The position numbers were made by a program, and so were the translations under genes. The notes under the pieces are model-generated. The model saw nothing but the letters and a program-made list of their open reading frames with translations. It was not told the origin of the DNA and searched no databases. Shown piece by piece: positions 8,256 through 17,245 of a stretch of 64,000 nucleotides of DNA. Each line of letters opens with the position of its first letter. Within the stretch, counting starts at the first letter, position 1. Origin of the DNA: Acidimicrobiales bacterium (GTDB lineage: Bacteria > Actinomycetota > Acidimicrobiia > Acidimicrobiales > Bog-793); assembly GCA_035294725.1 (NCBI GenBank), contig DATGKK010000145.1, positions 4,897 to 68,896 on the forward strand, given 5' to 3'.

Positions 8256-9351
8256 GCGAGAGAGCGAGGGCCAGCCACGGCTGGAGCGGGAGACCGCCCC
8301 ACTGCGCGTGCTCCGCTTCGGGCGCGTGTCGCCGCTGCGCTCGCAGACGCTCTGGCACGCCATCGCCGAGGGGGTGTCGGCGGGAGCCTCGCCGACCCTC
8401 TCGTTCATGCGTCCCGACTCGCCGTACGTGTCGGTCGGTTACCACCACGACCTCGGGCATGTGGACCTCGAGGCCTGCGCCCGGGCGGGTGTGCCGGTCT
8501 ACCGGCGGATGGCCGGAGGCGGCGCCGTCTACCTCGACGACGCCCAGCTCTTTTTCCAGATCGCCGTTCCCGCCTCGATCCTGCCGGCCGTGCGCAGCGA
8601 GGCCGTCGCGAGGCTCCTGTCGCCGGCCCTCCCCGCATTCGAGGCTGCCGGGCTGCCGGCCCGTCTCGACGCGACGGGGGAGATCGTCGTCGGCGACCGG
8701 AAGGTGTGCGGCCACGGAGCTGCGCAGGTCGGCCGTGCCGTGGTCGTGGTGGGCAACCTCATCGAGCGCTTCGACCACGCCGCCGCCGCCGCCCTCCTGC
8801 GGGCGCCAGGAGGGGAGGCCGCGGCAGAGGCGCTCCAGCTGATGCGCCGGTACGTCGGTCCGGACCCGGCGAGCGAGGTCGACGCGGCGGCCTTCGAGAC
8901 GGCTGCGGTCCGCTCCTATGCCGATGCGCTCGGCCGCGAGCCGGTCGCCGGCGAGCTCAGCGCGCTCGAGCAGGACGCGCTCCAGCGCTGGGACGAGACC
9001 CTCGAGTCCGCCGAGTGGCGGGCAGGACCGGCGGCCCGCGCTCTGCGTGCCTGGCAGCTCAAGGTGCGCGGCGGGGTCTTCCTGGTCGCCGCCGAGGATG
9101 GCGGCACGCGGGTGCGCGCAACCGTGGTCGACGAGCGCCTTCGCGCCGTTTGTGTCGAGGATCCAGGCCTGAACGACGCCGCTGCGCTGGCGTCGGCACT
9201 CTCCGGGCACCTGCTGCCCGAGCTCCCATCCGTCCTCGCCGGTCTCGGCGAGCCCGGGAGGCGGCTGTCGGCCGCCTTCGCTGCCGCCAGCACGGGCGAG
9301 CTCGCCGCCATCGCAGGGCGCGCGACCGCGGCAGTTCGGGAGGCCTCGTGA
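8245..9351 (+). CDS. Lipoate-protein ligase paralogue 1 (sLpl(AB)-like)
   Basis: LplA-like motifs RRMAGGGAVYLD and GDRKVCGHGA. The GTG at 8245 overlaps the preceding gene by 11 nt, so the start is uncertain. Confidence 0.75.
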   Translation: MPAERESEGQPRLERETAPLRVLRFGRVSPLRSQTLWHAIAEGVSAGASPTLSFMRPDSPYVSVGYHHDLGHVDLEACARAGVPVYRRMAGGGAVYLDDAQLFFQIAVPASILPAVRSEAVARLLSPALPAFEAAGLPARLDATGEIVVGDRKVCGHGAAQVGRAVVVVGNLIERFDHAAAAALLRAPGGEAAAEALQLMRRYVGPDPASEVDAAAFETAAVRSYADALGREPVAGELSALEQDALQRWDETLESAEWRAGPAARALRAWQLKVRGGVFLVAAEDGGTRVRATVVDERLRAVCVEDPGLNDAAALASALSGHLLPELPSVLAGLGEPGRRLSAAFAAASTGELAAIAGRATAAVREAS

Positions 9352-9815
9352 GCATCCCCCGCGAGCCTGAGGTCGTCGCCGTCTCCGGCTACCCGGTGCG
9401 CCTCGACCTTTCCTACGACCCCCAGAGCGAGCTGTGGGTCGAGCTGGTCGGCGAGCACCGAGCTCGGGTCGGCCTCGACCCGCTCAGCGCGGAGACGAGC
9501 GGCACCCTCGCCCAGCTCGCTCTCGTCACCGTCGGCACGCAGGTGCGCCGTGGCGAGCCGCTCGGCTCGATCGAGGCTGAGAAGTTCGTCGGCCCCCTCC
9601 TCTCCCCGCTCACCGGCACGGTCGCGGCCAGGAACGACGCCGTGCTCTCCCGCCCCTCTGCCGTGGAGGACAATCCGTATGCGGCCTGGCTGGTGGAGAT
9701 CGAGAGCGACGCTGCCGAGGACGAGCTCGGCGGTCTTGTGACCGGGACCGAGGCGGTGTCGCACTTCGCCGCTCGTGTCGAGAGGTACCGCCGTGAGGGG
9801 GTGCTCGCCGAGTGA
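9348..9815 (+). CDS. lbpA: GcvH-like lipoate-binding protein (LbpA), Cys-free paralogue
   Basis: 155 aa with an H-protein fold pattern and a putative lipoyl-Lys in GSIEAEKFVGPLLSPLTG. GTGA overlap with the upstream gene. Confidence 0.8.
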   Translation: MSIPREPEVVAVSGYPVRLDLSYDPQSELWVELVGEHRARVGLDPLSAETSGTLAQLALVTVGTQVRRGEPLGSIEAEKFVGPLLSPLTGTVAARNDAVLSRPSAVEDNPYAAWLVEIESDAAEDELGGLVTGTEAVSHFAARVERYRREGVLAE

Positions 9816-10852
9816 CCGCTGTCTCGCCCGCCCGCGCCGGCTCGGCCGAGGCACTCGCCGTGCGCCGCGCCCACTTCCCCGACGTCATGGAGTTCTACGC
9901 ACCCGGCCTCAAGCGCTGGGAGACCACGGAGTGGAGGCCGGAGAACCCGCGCCGCTTCCTGCCGGTCTCGGTCACCGGAGCTGCCTGCGCCCTCCAGTGC
10001 GATCACTGCCAGGCCAAGGTGCTGGAGGGGATGGTCTCGGTACGGGCCGGAGCCGACCTGTACGACCTTGCTCGCTCCCTGAAGGAAAAGGGCAGCGACG
10101 GCCTGCTGGTCTCGGGCGGCTCCACCCGCTCGGGCGGTGTGCCGCTGCGCCGGCATCTCGCCCACGTGCCACGGATTCGCGACGAGCTCGGCATGAAGGT
10201 GATCGTCCACTCAGGGGTCGTCTCACCCGAGCTCGCCGCCGACCTCGCCGCGGCCGGCGTCGACGGGGTGATGCTCGACATCATCGGCGCCGACGAGACG
10301 ATCCGCGAGGTCTACCACCTCGATCTCCGGGCGGCCGACTTCGAGCGGTCGCTCTCGCTGCTGGCGTCGGCGGGGCTCAGGATCATTCCCCACATCGTCC
10401 TCGGCCTTCACTACGGCCGCTTCCTCGGCGAGCACCACGCCCTCGAGATGATCCGCCGCCACCCGGTGTCGACGCTCATCCTCGTCGTGCTCGTCCCGCT
10501 CGTCGGCACGCCGATGGCGCACTTGCCGCCGCCGCCAGTCAAGGACGTGGTGGGCTTCTTCGAGACCGCCCGCCTCGCCATGCCCGAGACGAAGGTCAAC
10601 CTGGGGTGCGCCCGCCCGATGGGCGCCATGAAGGTCGAGCTCGACGCGGCCGCGGTCGACCTCGGTCTGAACGGCATCGCCTACCCGGCCGACGGGACGA
10701 TCGCGTACGCCCGCTCGCGGGGCCTCGTGCCCCGCCTGTACGAGTGGTGCTGCTCGCTGACCTGGGCGGGCGACGAGGGCGGCGAGTACGCCGAGGTCAC
10801 CCTGGACCAGGCCGACCAGGGTGCCCTTCCGGCAGGGGCAGGGCTGCGATGA
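9812..10852 (+). CDS. Radical-SAM protein, LipS1/LipS2-type lipoyl synthase component (A)
   Basis: CALQCDHC (CX3CX2C) motif. GTGA overlap with lbpA. I could not resolve which LipS type this is. Confidence 0.8.
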   Translation: MTAVSPARAGSAEALAVRRAHFPDVMEFYAPGLKRWETTEWRPENPRRFLPVSVTGAACALQCDHCQAKVLEGMVSVRAGADLYDLARSLKEKGSDGLLVSGGSTRSGGVPLRRHLAHVPRIRDELGMKVIVHSGVVSPELAADLAAAGVDGVMLDIIGADETIREVYHLDLRAADFERSLSLLASAGLRIIPHIVLGLHYGRFLGEHHALEMIRRHPVSTLILVVLVPLVGTPMAHLPPPPVKDVVGFFETARLAMPETKVNLGCARPMGAMKVELDAAAVDLGLNGIAYPADGTIAYARSRGLVPRLYEWCCSLTWAGDEGGEYAEVTLDQADQGALPAGAGLR

Positions 10853-11973
10853 CGGCCACCTGGCGCCTTCTTGCCGACGACGGCGTCGGCGCGGCCGAGG
10901 GTCTCGCCTTCGACGAGGCGATGATGGCCGGCTACGCCCGAGACGCTGCTCCACGCCCGCCGACGCTGCGCCTCTACACCTACGCCGACCATGCCGCGCT
11001 CGTCGGTAGGTACCAGCATCTCGAGGCCGAGGTCGATCTCGACGCCTGCCGCTTGCTCGGCGTGGAGGTGAACCGCCGCCCGACGGGCGGCGGGGCCATC
11101 ATCATGGGCCGCTCTCAGCTCGGAGTCGCCGTCGCCACCCGCGCCCCCGCGGCCGAGCGGCCCCGCGAGCTGCTCGAGCGCTTCTCGAGGGGCATCATTG
11201 CCGGCCTTCGGCGCCTTGGGCTCGACGCGGGCTTCCGAGGCAAGAACGACCTCGAGGTCGGCGGCCGGAAGGTGGCAGGGCTCGGTCTCTATCTCGACGG
11301 CGCCGGAGCCCTCCTGTTCCACGCCAGCATCCTGGCCGGCCTCGACGTCGAGACGATGCTCGCTGTCCTCAAGGTCCCGGCCGCGAAGCTCGGCGACAAG
11401 GCCGTCGCCCTCGTCTCCGAACGCGTGACGACCGTCAGCCGCGAGACCGGGAAGGACTTGGACGGCCCTGCGCTGCGCGAGGCCGTCGCGGACGGGGTCG
11501 CCGAGGCCGTCGGCGCCGAGCTCGCGCCGGGGGTCGCCGAGGAAGAGGAGCGACGCCTCGCCCGCCGCCTTGTTGCCACGAAGTACTCGACGGCCGAGTG
11601 GCTCGCCCAGCGCAGCCCGCAGCTAGACGCGACGGCGACCTCGGTCTTCAAGTCGTCGGCAGGTCTCGTGCGTGTCTATCTGAGCCTTCAGGGGGAGACG
11701 ATCAAAAGCGTCCTGTTCACGGGCGACCTGAACGACCTGCCCCCCGCCCTTGTGCGCCTCGAGGCGGCCCTCACCTGGAAGCGCCTCGAGCCGCGCACGC
11801 TCTCCCGGCTCGTGGCGTCGTGCCTGGACGGCGAGACGGAGTCCGCGGGGCTCGATCCCGCGGCGCTCGTGGACGCCCTGATCGAGGCGGCGAGCCGGGC
11901 GGCCGCCCGCGAGGTCGCCGCCCCCAACCGAGTTGGCTCGTGCTACTTCCCCGAGGCGGTCACCCCACGATGA
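10849..11973 (+). CDS. Lipoate-protein ligase paralogue 2
   Basis: RRPTGGGAIIMG and GGRKVAGLGL motifs. ATGA overlap with the upstream radical-SAM gene. Confidence 0.8.
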   Translation: MTATWRLLADDGVGAAEGLAFDEAMMAGYARDAAPRPPTLRLYTYADHAALVGRYQHLEAEVDLDACRLLGVEVNRRPTGGGAIIMGRSQLGVAVATRAPAAERPRELLERFSRGIIAGLRRLGLDAGFRGKNDLEVGGRKVAGLGLYLDGAGALLFHASILAGLDVETMLAVLKVPAAKLGDKAVALVSERVTTVSRETGKDLDGPALREAVADGVAEAVGAELAPGVAEEEERRLARRLVATKYSTAEWLAQRSPQLDATATSVFKSSAGLVRVYLSLQGETIKSVLFTGDLNDLPPALVRLEAALTWKRLEPRTLSRLVASCLDGETESAGLDPAALVDALIEAASRAAAREVAAPNRVGSCYFPEAVTPR

Positions 11974-13100
11974 GCACCACCCGTCTTCCTCTCGTCGCCC
12001 CGCCTTCCGCCGTGCCCGGTGACAGGACTCCGAGTGAACCCTGCGCCGCTCCAGAGGTGAGCCCGGACTGGGTGAGGATCTCAGGGGCGAGCGCGATCGC
12101 GCTCCGCTTCCGCTCGGGCCGGTTCGGGCGCAGCTTCGAGTTCGGGGGGATCAACCTCCTCCTCAACTACGAGGACGGCTGCCGCTCCGACTGTGCCTAC
12201 TGCGGGCTTGCCCGCACCCGGCCGGGGACCTACGAGGACAAGTCCTTCATCAGGGTGGAGTGGCCCCTCGTTCGCACCGACGAGCTGACCGAGCGGATGG
12301 CTCGGTTCGAGCCGAGCCTCACGAGGCTGTGCATCTCGATGGTGACCCATCCCTTCGCCTACAGGGACACCTGTGACATCACCGAGCGGATCCGCAGAGC
12401 CGTCGACACGCCACTGTCCATCCTCGTCGCCCCGCCGACGCTCAACCGGCGCCGTCTCGAGCGCTTCCGCGAGATCGGCGTCGACATGATCGGGATCGGG
12501 CTCGACGCCGTCACCGAAGAGCTCTTCCGGTCACTGCGCAGCGACGTCCCGGCCGGCGGGGCGGGGCTCAAGTGGGACCAGTACTGGCAGGTGGTCCGTG
12601 ATGCCCGTGAGGTCTTCGGCCCGTGGAAGGTGAACTGCCACACCCTCGTCGGCCTCGGGGAGAGCGACCGCGACCTCGTCGAGATCTTCGTCCGTCTTAG
12701 GGACCAGGAGATCTTCTCCTACCTGTTCTCCTTCAACCCCGAGCCGGACTCGCGTCTCGGCGACGCGCCTCGCGCTCCGCTGCGCCGGTGGCGCCGGATC
12801 CAGCTCGTGAAGCACCTGGTCGAGACGGAGGGGTTCGGCCCCGAGGACTTCCGCTTCGAGGACGACGGCTCGCTCGCGCTCGTCGGCGCCCCGCCAGTAG
12901 TGCTCGAGCAGGTCGTCGAGACTGGCGAGCCCTTCGTCACGAACGGCTGCCCCAGCTCGAGCGGGGAGCCGGGCTGCACCCGTCCGTACGGGTCGTACCG
13001 GCCGTCGGAGCCGTTCCGCGACTTTCCCTTCCGTCCGGACCCGGCCGACCTCGCCGGGATCAGGACCGACCTCGCCCTCCACGAGATCACCGAGCCCTGA
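11970..13100 (+). CDS. Radical-SAM protein, BioB/LipS-type (B)
   Basis: CRSDCAYC (CX3CX2C) motif. ATGA overlap with the upstream ligase. Confidence 0.8.
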   Translation: MSTTRLPLVAPPSAVPGDRTPSEPCAAPEVSPDWVRISGASAIALRFRSGRFGRSFEFGGINLLLNYEDGCRSDCAYCGLARTRPGTYEDKSFIRVEWPLVRTDELTERMARFEPSLTRLCISMVTHPFAYRDTCDITERIRRAVDTPLSILVAPPTLNRRRLERFREIGVDMIGIGLDAVTEELFRSLRSDVPAGGAGLKWDQYWQVVRDAREVFGPWKVNCHTLVGLGESDRDLVEIFVRLRDQEIFSYLFSFNPEPDSRLGDAPRAPLRRWRRIQLVKHLVETEGFGPEDFRFEDDGSLALVGAPPVVLEQVVETGEPFVTNGCPSSSGEPGCTRPYGSYRPSEPFRDFPFRPDPADLAGIRTDLALHEITEP

Positions 13101-13111
13101 AGGAGCCTTCG

Positions 13112-13873
13112 ATGCGGATCGCCGTCCTCCTCAAGCAGGTCCCCGACCTCGTCGAGGACCTCGAGCTCGCCCCTGACGGGACCGACGTCGACCGCGAGTT
13201 CCTGTCCTTCGTCCTCAACGAGTACGACGACCAGGCGCTCGAGGAGGCGCTCTGTCTGAAAGAGTCCGCCGGCGCCGAGGTCGTCGCCGTCGCGCTCGAC
13301 GAGCCCGAGGTCGACCAGTGCCTCTACACCGCGCTCGCCAAGGGCGCGGACCGTGCCGTGAAGCTCGGCGGGGTCGGGGAGGGCTGGATCGACGGGCACC
13401 GGCGCTCCGCCATCTTTGCGGCCTGGCTCGCCGAGCAAGGGGCCGATCTTGTGCTCACCGGCGTGCAGGCGGCTGACGACCTCGACGGCCAGCTTGCACC
13501 GCTGCTCTCGGCTCGCCTCGGGCTGCCGCACGCCTCGGTGGTCGTCCACGTGGACCTCAACGGCGCGGTTGCCCTGGTCCGCCAGGAGCTCGGTGGCGGA
13601 GCCGCCGCCGAGGTGGAGGTGCAGCTCCCTGCGGTGCTTGGGATCCAGGCGGCACGCCAGGCTCCCCGGTACGCCTCCATCAGCCGCATCCGCCAGGTCC
13701 AGCAGGCCGGAGGGATCGAGGAGGTCGCCGCGCCGCCTGCCGAGGGTGGCCCGGGCTACCGGTTGGTCCGCCTCTACGCACCCGAGGCCGCCGGCCACGC
13801 GGAGATGCTCACCGGGTCGGCCGGAGAGGTGGCCGAGCGCATCGTCGAGCTGATCCGGGGCAAGGGCCTGTGA
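13112..13873 (+). CDS. etfB: Electron transfer flavoprotein beta subunit
   Basis: MRIAVLLKQVPDLVEDLEL... is a typical EtfB N-terminus. An AGGAG RBS lies at 13101. Confidence 0.9.
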   Translation: MRIAVLLKQVPDLVEDLELAPDGTDVDREFLSFVLNEYDDQALEEALCLKESAGAEVVAVALDEPEVDQCLYTALAKGADRAVKLGGVGEGWIDGHRRSAIFAAWLAEQGADLVLTGVQAADDLDGQLAPLLSARLGLPHASVVVHVDLNGAVALVRQELGGGAAAEVEVQLPAVLGIQAARQAPRYASISRIRQVQQAGGIEEVAAPPAEGGPGYRLVRLYAPEAAGHAEMLTGSAGEVAERIVELIRGKGL

Positions 13874-13910
13874 GTGGCCGGGGCCGGAACGAGACGAGGA
13901 GGACAGCGCA

Positions 13911-14873
13911 GTGAGCAACGACGTGCTGGTGCTGGCGGAGCACCGGGATGGTGCCGTGAGCGACATCTCCTTCGAGCTGCTCGCCAAGGCGCGTGAGCTC
14001 GCCGGAGGCTCCGGAGGCCGGGCGGTCGTGCTGCTGCTCGGCGCGACAGAGCTTGCCCGAGAGCTCGGCGGCGCCGACTTGGTGCGCTCCGTCGAGCATC
14101 CTCTGCTCGACCGCTACAACCCGGAGGCGTACGAGCGGGTGGTGCGAGCGGCGCTCGAGGAGATCGAGCCGCGCCTGTTCCTCACCTCGACGACGACGGT
14201 CGGCCTCGACCTCGCCGGAGCTCTCTCGGTGGCGAGCGACACGCCGCTCGTCTCCTATGTCTGTCGTCTCGAGGCTGCAGGCGACAACGTGGTGGCGACG
14301 GCCCAGATCTACGGCGGGAAGCTCCTCGCCGAGGTCGAGTTGCCGCGGCCCCGGGCGATCTGCGCCGTGCTGGCCGGTTCGTTCCCCGTTCCGGCAATGG
14401 ACGGCGAGCAGGCACCGCCGGTCGAGCCGCTCGAGGTCGGCGGCCTCCTCGACGACCTGCGAACGGCCGTCACCTCTGTGATCGTGCCCGAGGCCGGCGA
14501 CGTCGACATCACCTCTGCCGACCTCCTCGTCTCGGTCGGGCGGGGTATCGGGAACCAGGGCAACCTCGAGGTCGTCGAGGAGCTCGCGGAGGCGCTCGGT
14601 GCCCCGCTCGCTGCGTCACGGCCGCTCGTCGACCAGGGGTGGCTGCCAAAGTCGCGCCAGGTCGGAAAGTCCGGCCTCAAGGTCAAGCCGCGGATCTACC
14701 TCATGCTCGGCATCTCCGGTGCCCCTGAGCACCTCGAGGGGATACGGGAAGCCGAGCTCGTGATCGCCTGCAACACCGACGCCAAGGCGCCCATCTTCGA
14801 AGTCGCCGACTACGGCACGACCGTCGACCTGTTCGACCTCGTGCCGGAGCTCCTGGACCGGGTCAAGGCCTGA
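13911..14873 (+). CDS. etfA: Electron transfer flavoprotein alpha subunit
   Basis: VLVLAEHRDG... N-terminus and the C-terminal FAD motif SRQVGKSGLKVKPRIYLMLGISGAPEHLEG. Confidence 0.9.
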   Translation: MSNDVLVLAEHRDGAVSDISFELLAKARELAGGSGGRAVVLLLGATELARELGGADLVRSVEHPLLDRYNPEAYERVVRAALEEIEPRLFLTSTTTVGLDLAGALSVASDTPLVSYVCRLEAAGDNVVATAQIYGGKLLAEVELPRPRAICAVLAGSFPVPAMDGEQAPPVEPLEVGGLLDDLRTAVTSVIVPEAGDVDITSADLLVSVGRGIGNQGNLEVVEELAEALGAPLAASRPLVDQGWLPKSRQVGKSGLKVKPRIYLMLGISGAPEHLEGIREAELVIACNTDAKAPIFEVADYGTTVDLFDLVPELLDRVKA

Positions 14874-14905
14874 GCCCGGCGAAGGACAGCCGCGAAGGAG
14901 AGGCC

Positions 14906-16915
14906 GTGATCGTGCGCATTGCCATCGGAGGGGCGGTCACGGCCGTCGCGCTCGCCCTCGCGGCTCGCCGCCTCTACCGCCTCGGTCGGCTGGTCCGCTC
15001 GGGGGCTCCCGCGCCCGGCCGGACGAGCAAGGCGGCGCGCCGCCTCGGCGCCGAGATCGTCGAGGTGCTCGGCCAGCGAAAGATCCTGAGACGGCGCCAG
15101 TCGGGGATCCCGCACGCCCTCGTCTTCTGGGGCTTCCTCGTCCTTTTGTTCACCGTGGTCGAGGCGTTCGGCGACGTCTTTGCAAACCGCCGGTTCGCGA
15201 TCCCGCTGATCGGGCATGCGGCGGCGCTCGGCTTCGTCGAGGACCTCTTCATCCTCGTCGTCCTCGGCGGCGTGGTCGCCTTCACCGTGATCCGCACAAT
15301 CGACTCCCCGGCCCGGCGCGAGCGCCGTTCCCGCTTCTACGGGTCGCACACGAAAGCGGCGTGGGTCGTGCTCGCCATGATCGCCGTCGTGATGGTGAGC
15401 CTGCTCGGCTACCGGGCCGCCCAGGTGAACACCGGCGACTTCCCCTACGGGGACTGGGCCTTCGCCTCGCACGCCCTGGCGAGCCTGCTCCACCCGCTTG
15501 GCCGCGGCGTCAACTCGGTGATCGAGACGACCCTGCTCCTCGTCAACGTCGCCGCCATCATGGGCTTCCTCGTCTTTGTCACCTACTCCAAGCACCTCCA
15601 CATCTTCTTGGCACCGCTCAACATCGCCTTCTCGCGTCGCCCGCGCGCGCTCGGGGCGCTCGACGTGCCGGGCTCCACGGTCGGCGCCGAGCACATCGAG
15701 CAGCTGAGCTGGAAGCAGCTGCTCGATCTCGTCACCTGCACCGAGTGCGGCCGGTGCCAGGCGGCCTGCCCGGCGTGGACGACGAACCGGCCGCTCTCGC
15801 CCAAGCTGCTCGTGATGGACCTGCGTGACGAGCTCTTCGCCGCGTCGGGCCGTCTTCTCTCTCCCGGTAGGGACGCGCCCGCGACGAAGCTCGTCCCTGA
15901 CGTCGTCCGCGCCGAGACGGTCTGGTCGTGCACGACCTGCGGCTCCTGCGTGGAGCAGTGCCCGGTCGACATCGAGCACATCGACACGATCGTCCACCTC
16001 CGCCGGCGGCTCGTCGACGAGGGCCAGATCGAACCCGGGGTCCAAGAGGTGCTGCAGCGGATCGCCCAGCAGGGCAACTCCTTTGGGAAGTCGGATCGGA
16101 TGCGTGCGCGCTGGACCCGGGAGCTCGGCTTTCCCGTGAAGGACGCCAGGAAGGAGGCGGTCCGGTACCTGTGGTTCGTCGGGGACTTCGCCTCGTTCGA
16201 CGAGCGCCTGCAGGAGCTCTCGCGCGGCCTCGCCCACCTTCTGCACGGGGCAGGGGTCGACTTCGGCCTTCTGTACGAGGGCGAGCGCAACGCCGGCAAC
16301 GACGTTCGCAGGATCGGCGAGGAAGGTCTGTTCGAGATGCTCGTCGAGCGGAACCTCGCCTCGCTCGGAGAGGCCAGCTTCGAGGAGATCTTCACCACCG
16401 ATCCGCACACCTTCAACACCCTTCGGAACGAGTACCCCGCGTACGGCCTCGACAAGCCGGTGCTCCACTACAGCCAGCTGCTGCAGCGCCTCCTTGCGGC
16501 AGGCGACCTCGCCGTCGAGCCGCTCGGGCTTGCGGTCACCTACCACGACCCCTGCTACCTCGGCCGGCACAATCGGGTCACCGAGCCCCCTCGGGCAGTG
16601 CTGAGGGCGCTCGGCTGCTCGCTCGTCGAGATGCCCCGTCACGGCACGAACACGTTCTGCTGCGGCGCCGGAGGTGGGCGGATCTGGATGTCGGACGACC
16701 CCTCTCTCGGCGAGCGCCCGAGCGAGAACCGGATCCGCGAGGCGGTGGCGCTCGGGGTCGACTACTTCGTCGTCGCCTGCCCGAAGGACTACGTCATGTA
16801 CTCCGACGCCGTGAAGACGACCGGCAACGAGGACCGCCTAAAGGTCGTCGACCTTGTCCAGCTCACCGAGCGGGCGCTTCGCGCTCCGGCGCTCCGCGAG
16901 CCCGAGACGGTCTGA
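14906..16915 (+). CDS. Membrane-anchored Fe-S/CCG oxidoreductase (EtfD / Etf:quinone oxidoreductase-like, HdrD/DsrK-type catalytic domain)
   Basis: About 240-aa N-terminal polytopic segment with conserved His (PHALVFWGF, SKHLHIF). This is followed by CTECGRCQAACP, CTTCGSCVEQCP, HDPCYLGRH and FCCGAGGG. Confidence 0.85.
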   Translation: MIVRIAIGGAVTAVALALAARRLYRLGRLVRSGAPAPGRTSKAARRLGAEIVEVLGQRKILRRRQSGIPHALVFWGFLVLLFTVVEAFGDVFANRRFAIPLIGHAAALGFVEDLFILVVLGGVVAFTVIRTIDSPARRERRSRFYGSHTKAAWVVLAMIAVVMVSLLGYRAAQVNTGDFPYGDWAFASHALASLLHPLGRGVNSVIETTLLLVNVAAIMGFLVFVTYSKHLHIFLAPLNIAFSRRPRALGALDVPGSTVGAEHIEQLSWKQLLDLVTCTECGRCQAACPAWTTNRPLSPKLLVMDLRDELFAASGRLLSPGRDAPATKLVPDVVRAETVWSCTTCGSCVEQCPVDIEHIDTIVHLRRRLVDEGQIEPGVQEVLQRIAQQGNSFGKSDRMRARWTRELGFPVKDARKEAVRYLWFVGDFASFDERLQELSRGLAHLLHGAGVDFGLLYEGERNAGNDVRRIGEEGLFEMLVERNLASLGEASFEEIFTTDPHTFNTLRNEYPAYGLDKPVLHYSQLLQRLLAAGDLAVEPLGLAVTYHDPCYLGRHNRVTEPPRAVLRALGCSLVEMPRHGTNTFCCGAGGGRIWMSDDPSLGERPSENRIREAVALGVDYFVVACPKDYVMYSDAVKTTGNEDRLKVVDLVQLTERALRAPALREPETV

Positions 16916-16924
16916 GGCCGGGCC

Positions 16925-17245
16925 GTGCGCTGCCCCTTCTGCGAAGCCGACGCAGCGCCTCGGGCCCTCCACTCTCATCTGGAGGCGGCGCACCCCGAGG
17001 GGGTGGTCGTCACCGAGTCCCCCGGCGGCCGCCTCGCCTACAAGGTGAGCTGCCCGCGTTGCGGCGCGCACTACGAGCACGCGGTGAAGGGACGAAGCGG
17101 CACGGGTGCCTTCGTCGCGGAGCATGCCCGTGAGATCCGGCTCGTCGGCTTCGACATGCTCGTCAACCATCTCATCGCCGAGCACCCCGGTGATGAGGGC
17201 GGCGCCGAGGACCCGGCTCCGGCTCACAGCGAGGAGGAGAGTTGA
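16925..17245 (+). CDS. Small Cys/His protein (two CxxC knuckles, repeated HLxAxHP motif), unknown function
   Basis: 106 aa and GC3-rich. Motifs are CPFC-x11-HLEAAHP and CPRC...NHLIAEHP. Its stop overlaps the TTG start of the next lbpA (TTGA). Confidence 0.65.
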   Translation: MRCPFCEADAAPRALHSHLEAAHPEGVVVTESPGGRLAYKVSCPRCGAHYEHAVKGRSGTGAFVAEHAREIRLVGFDMLVNHLIAEHPGDEGGAEDPAPAHSEEES

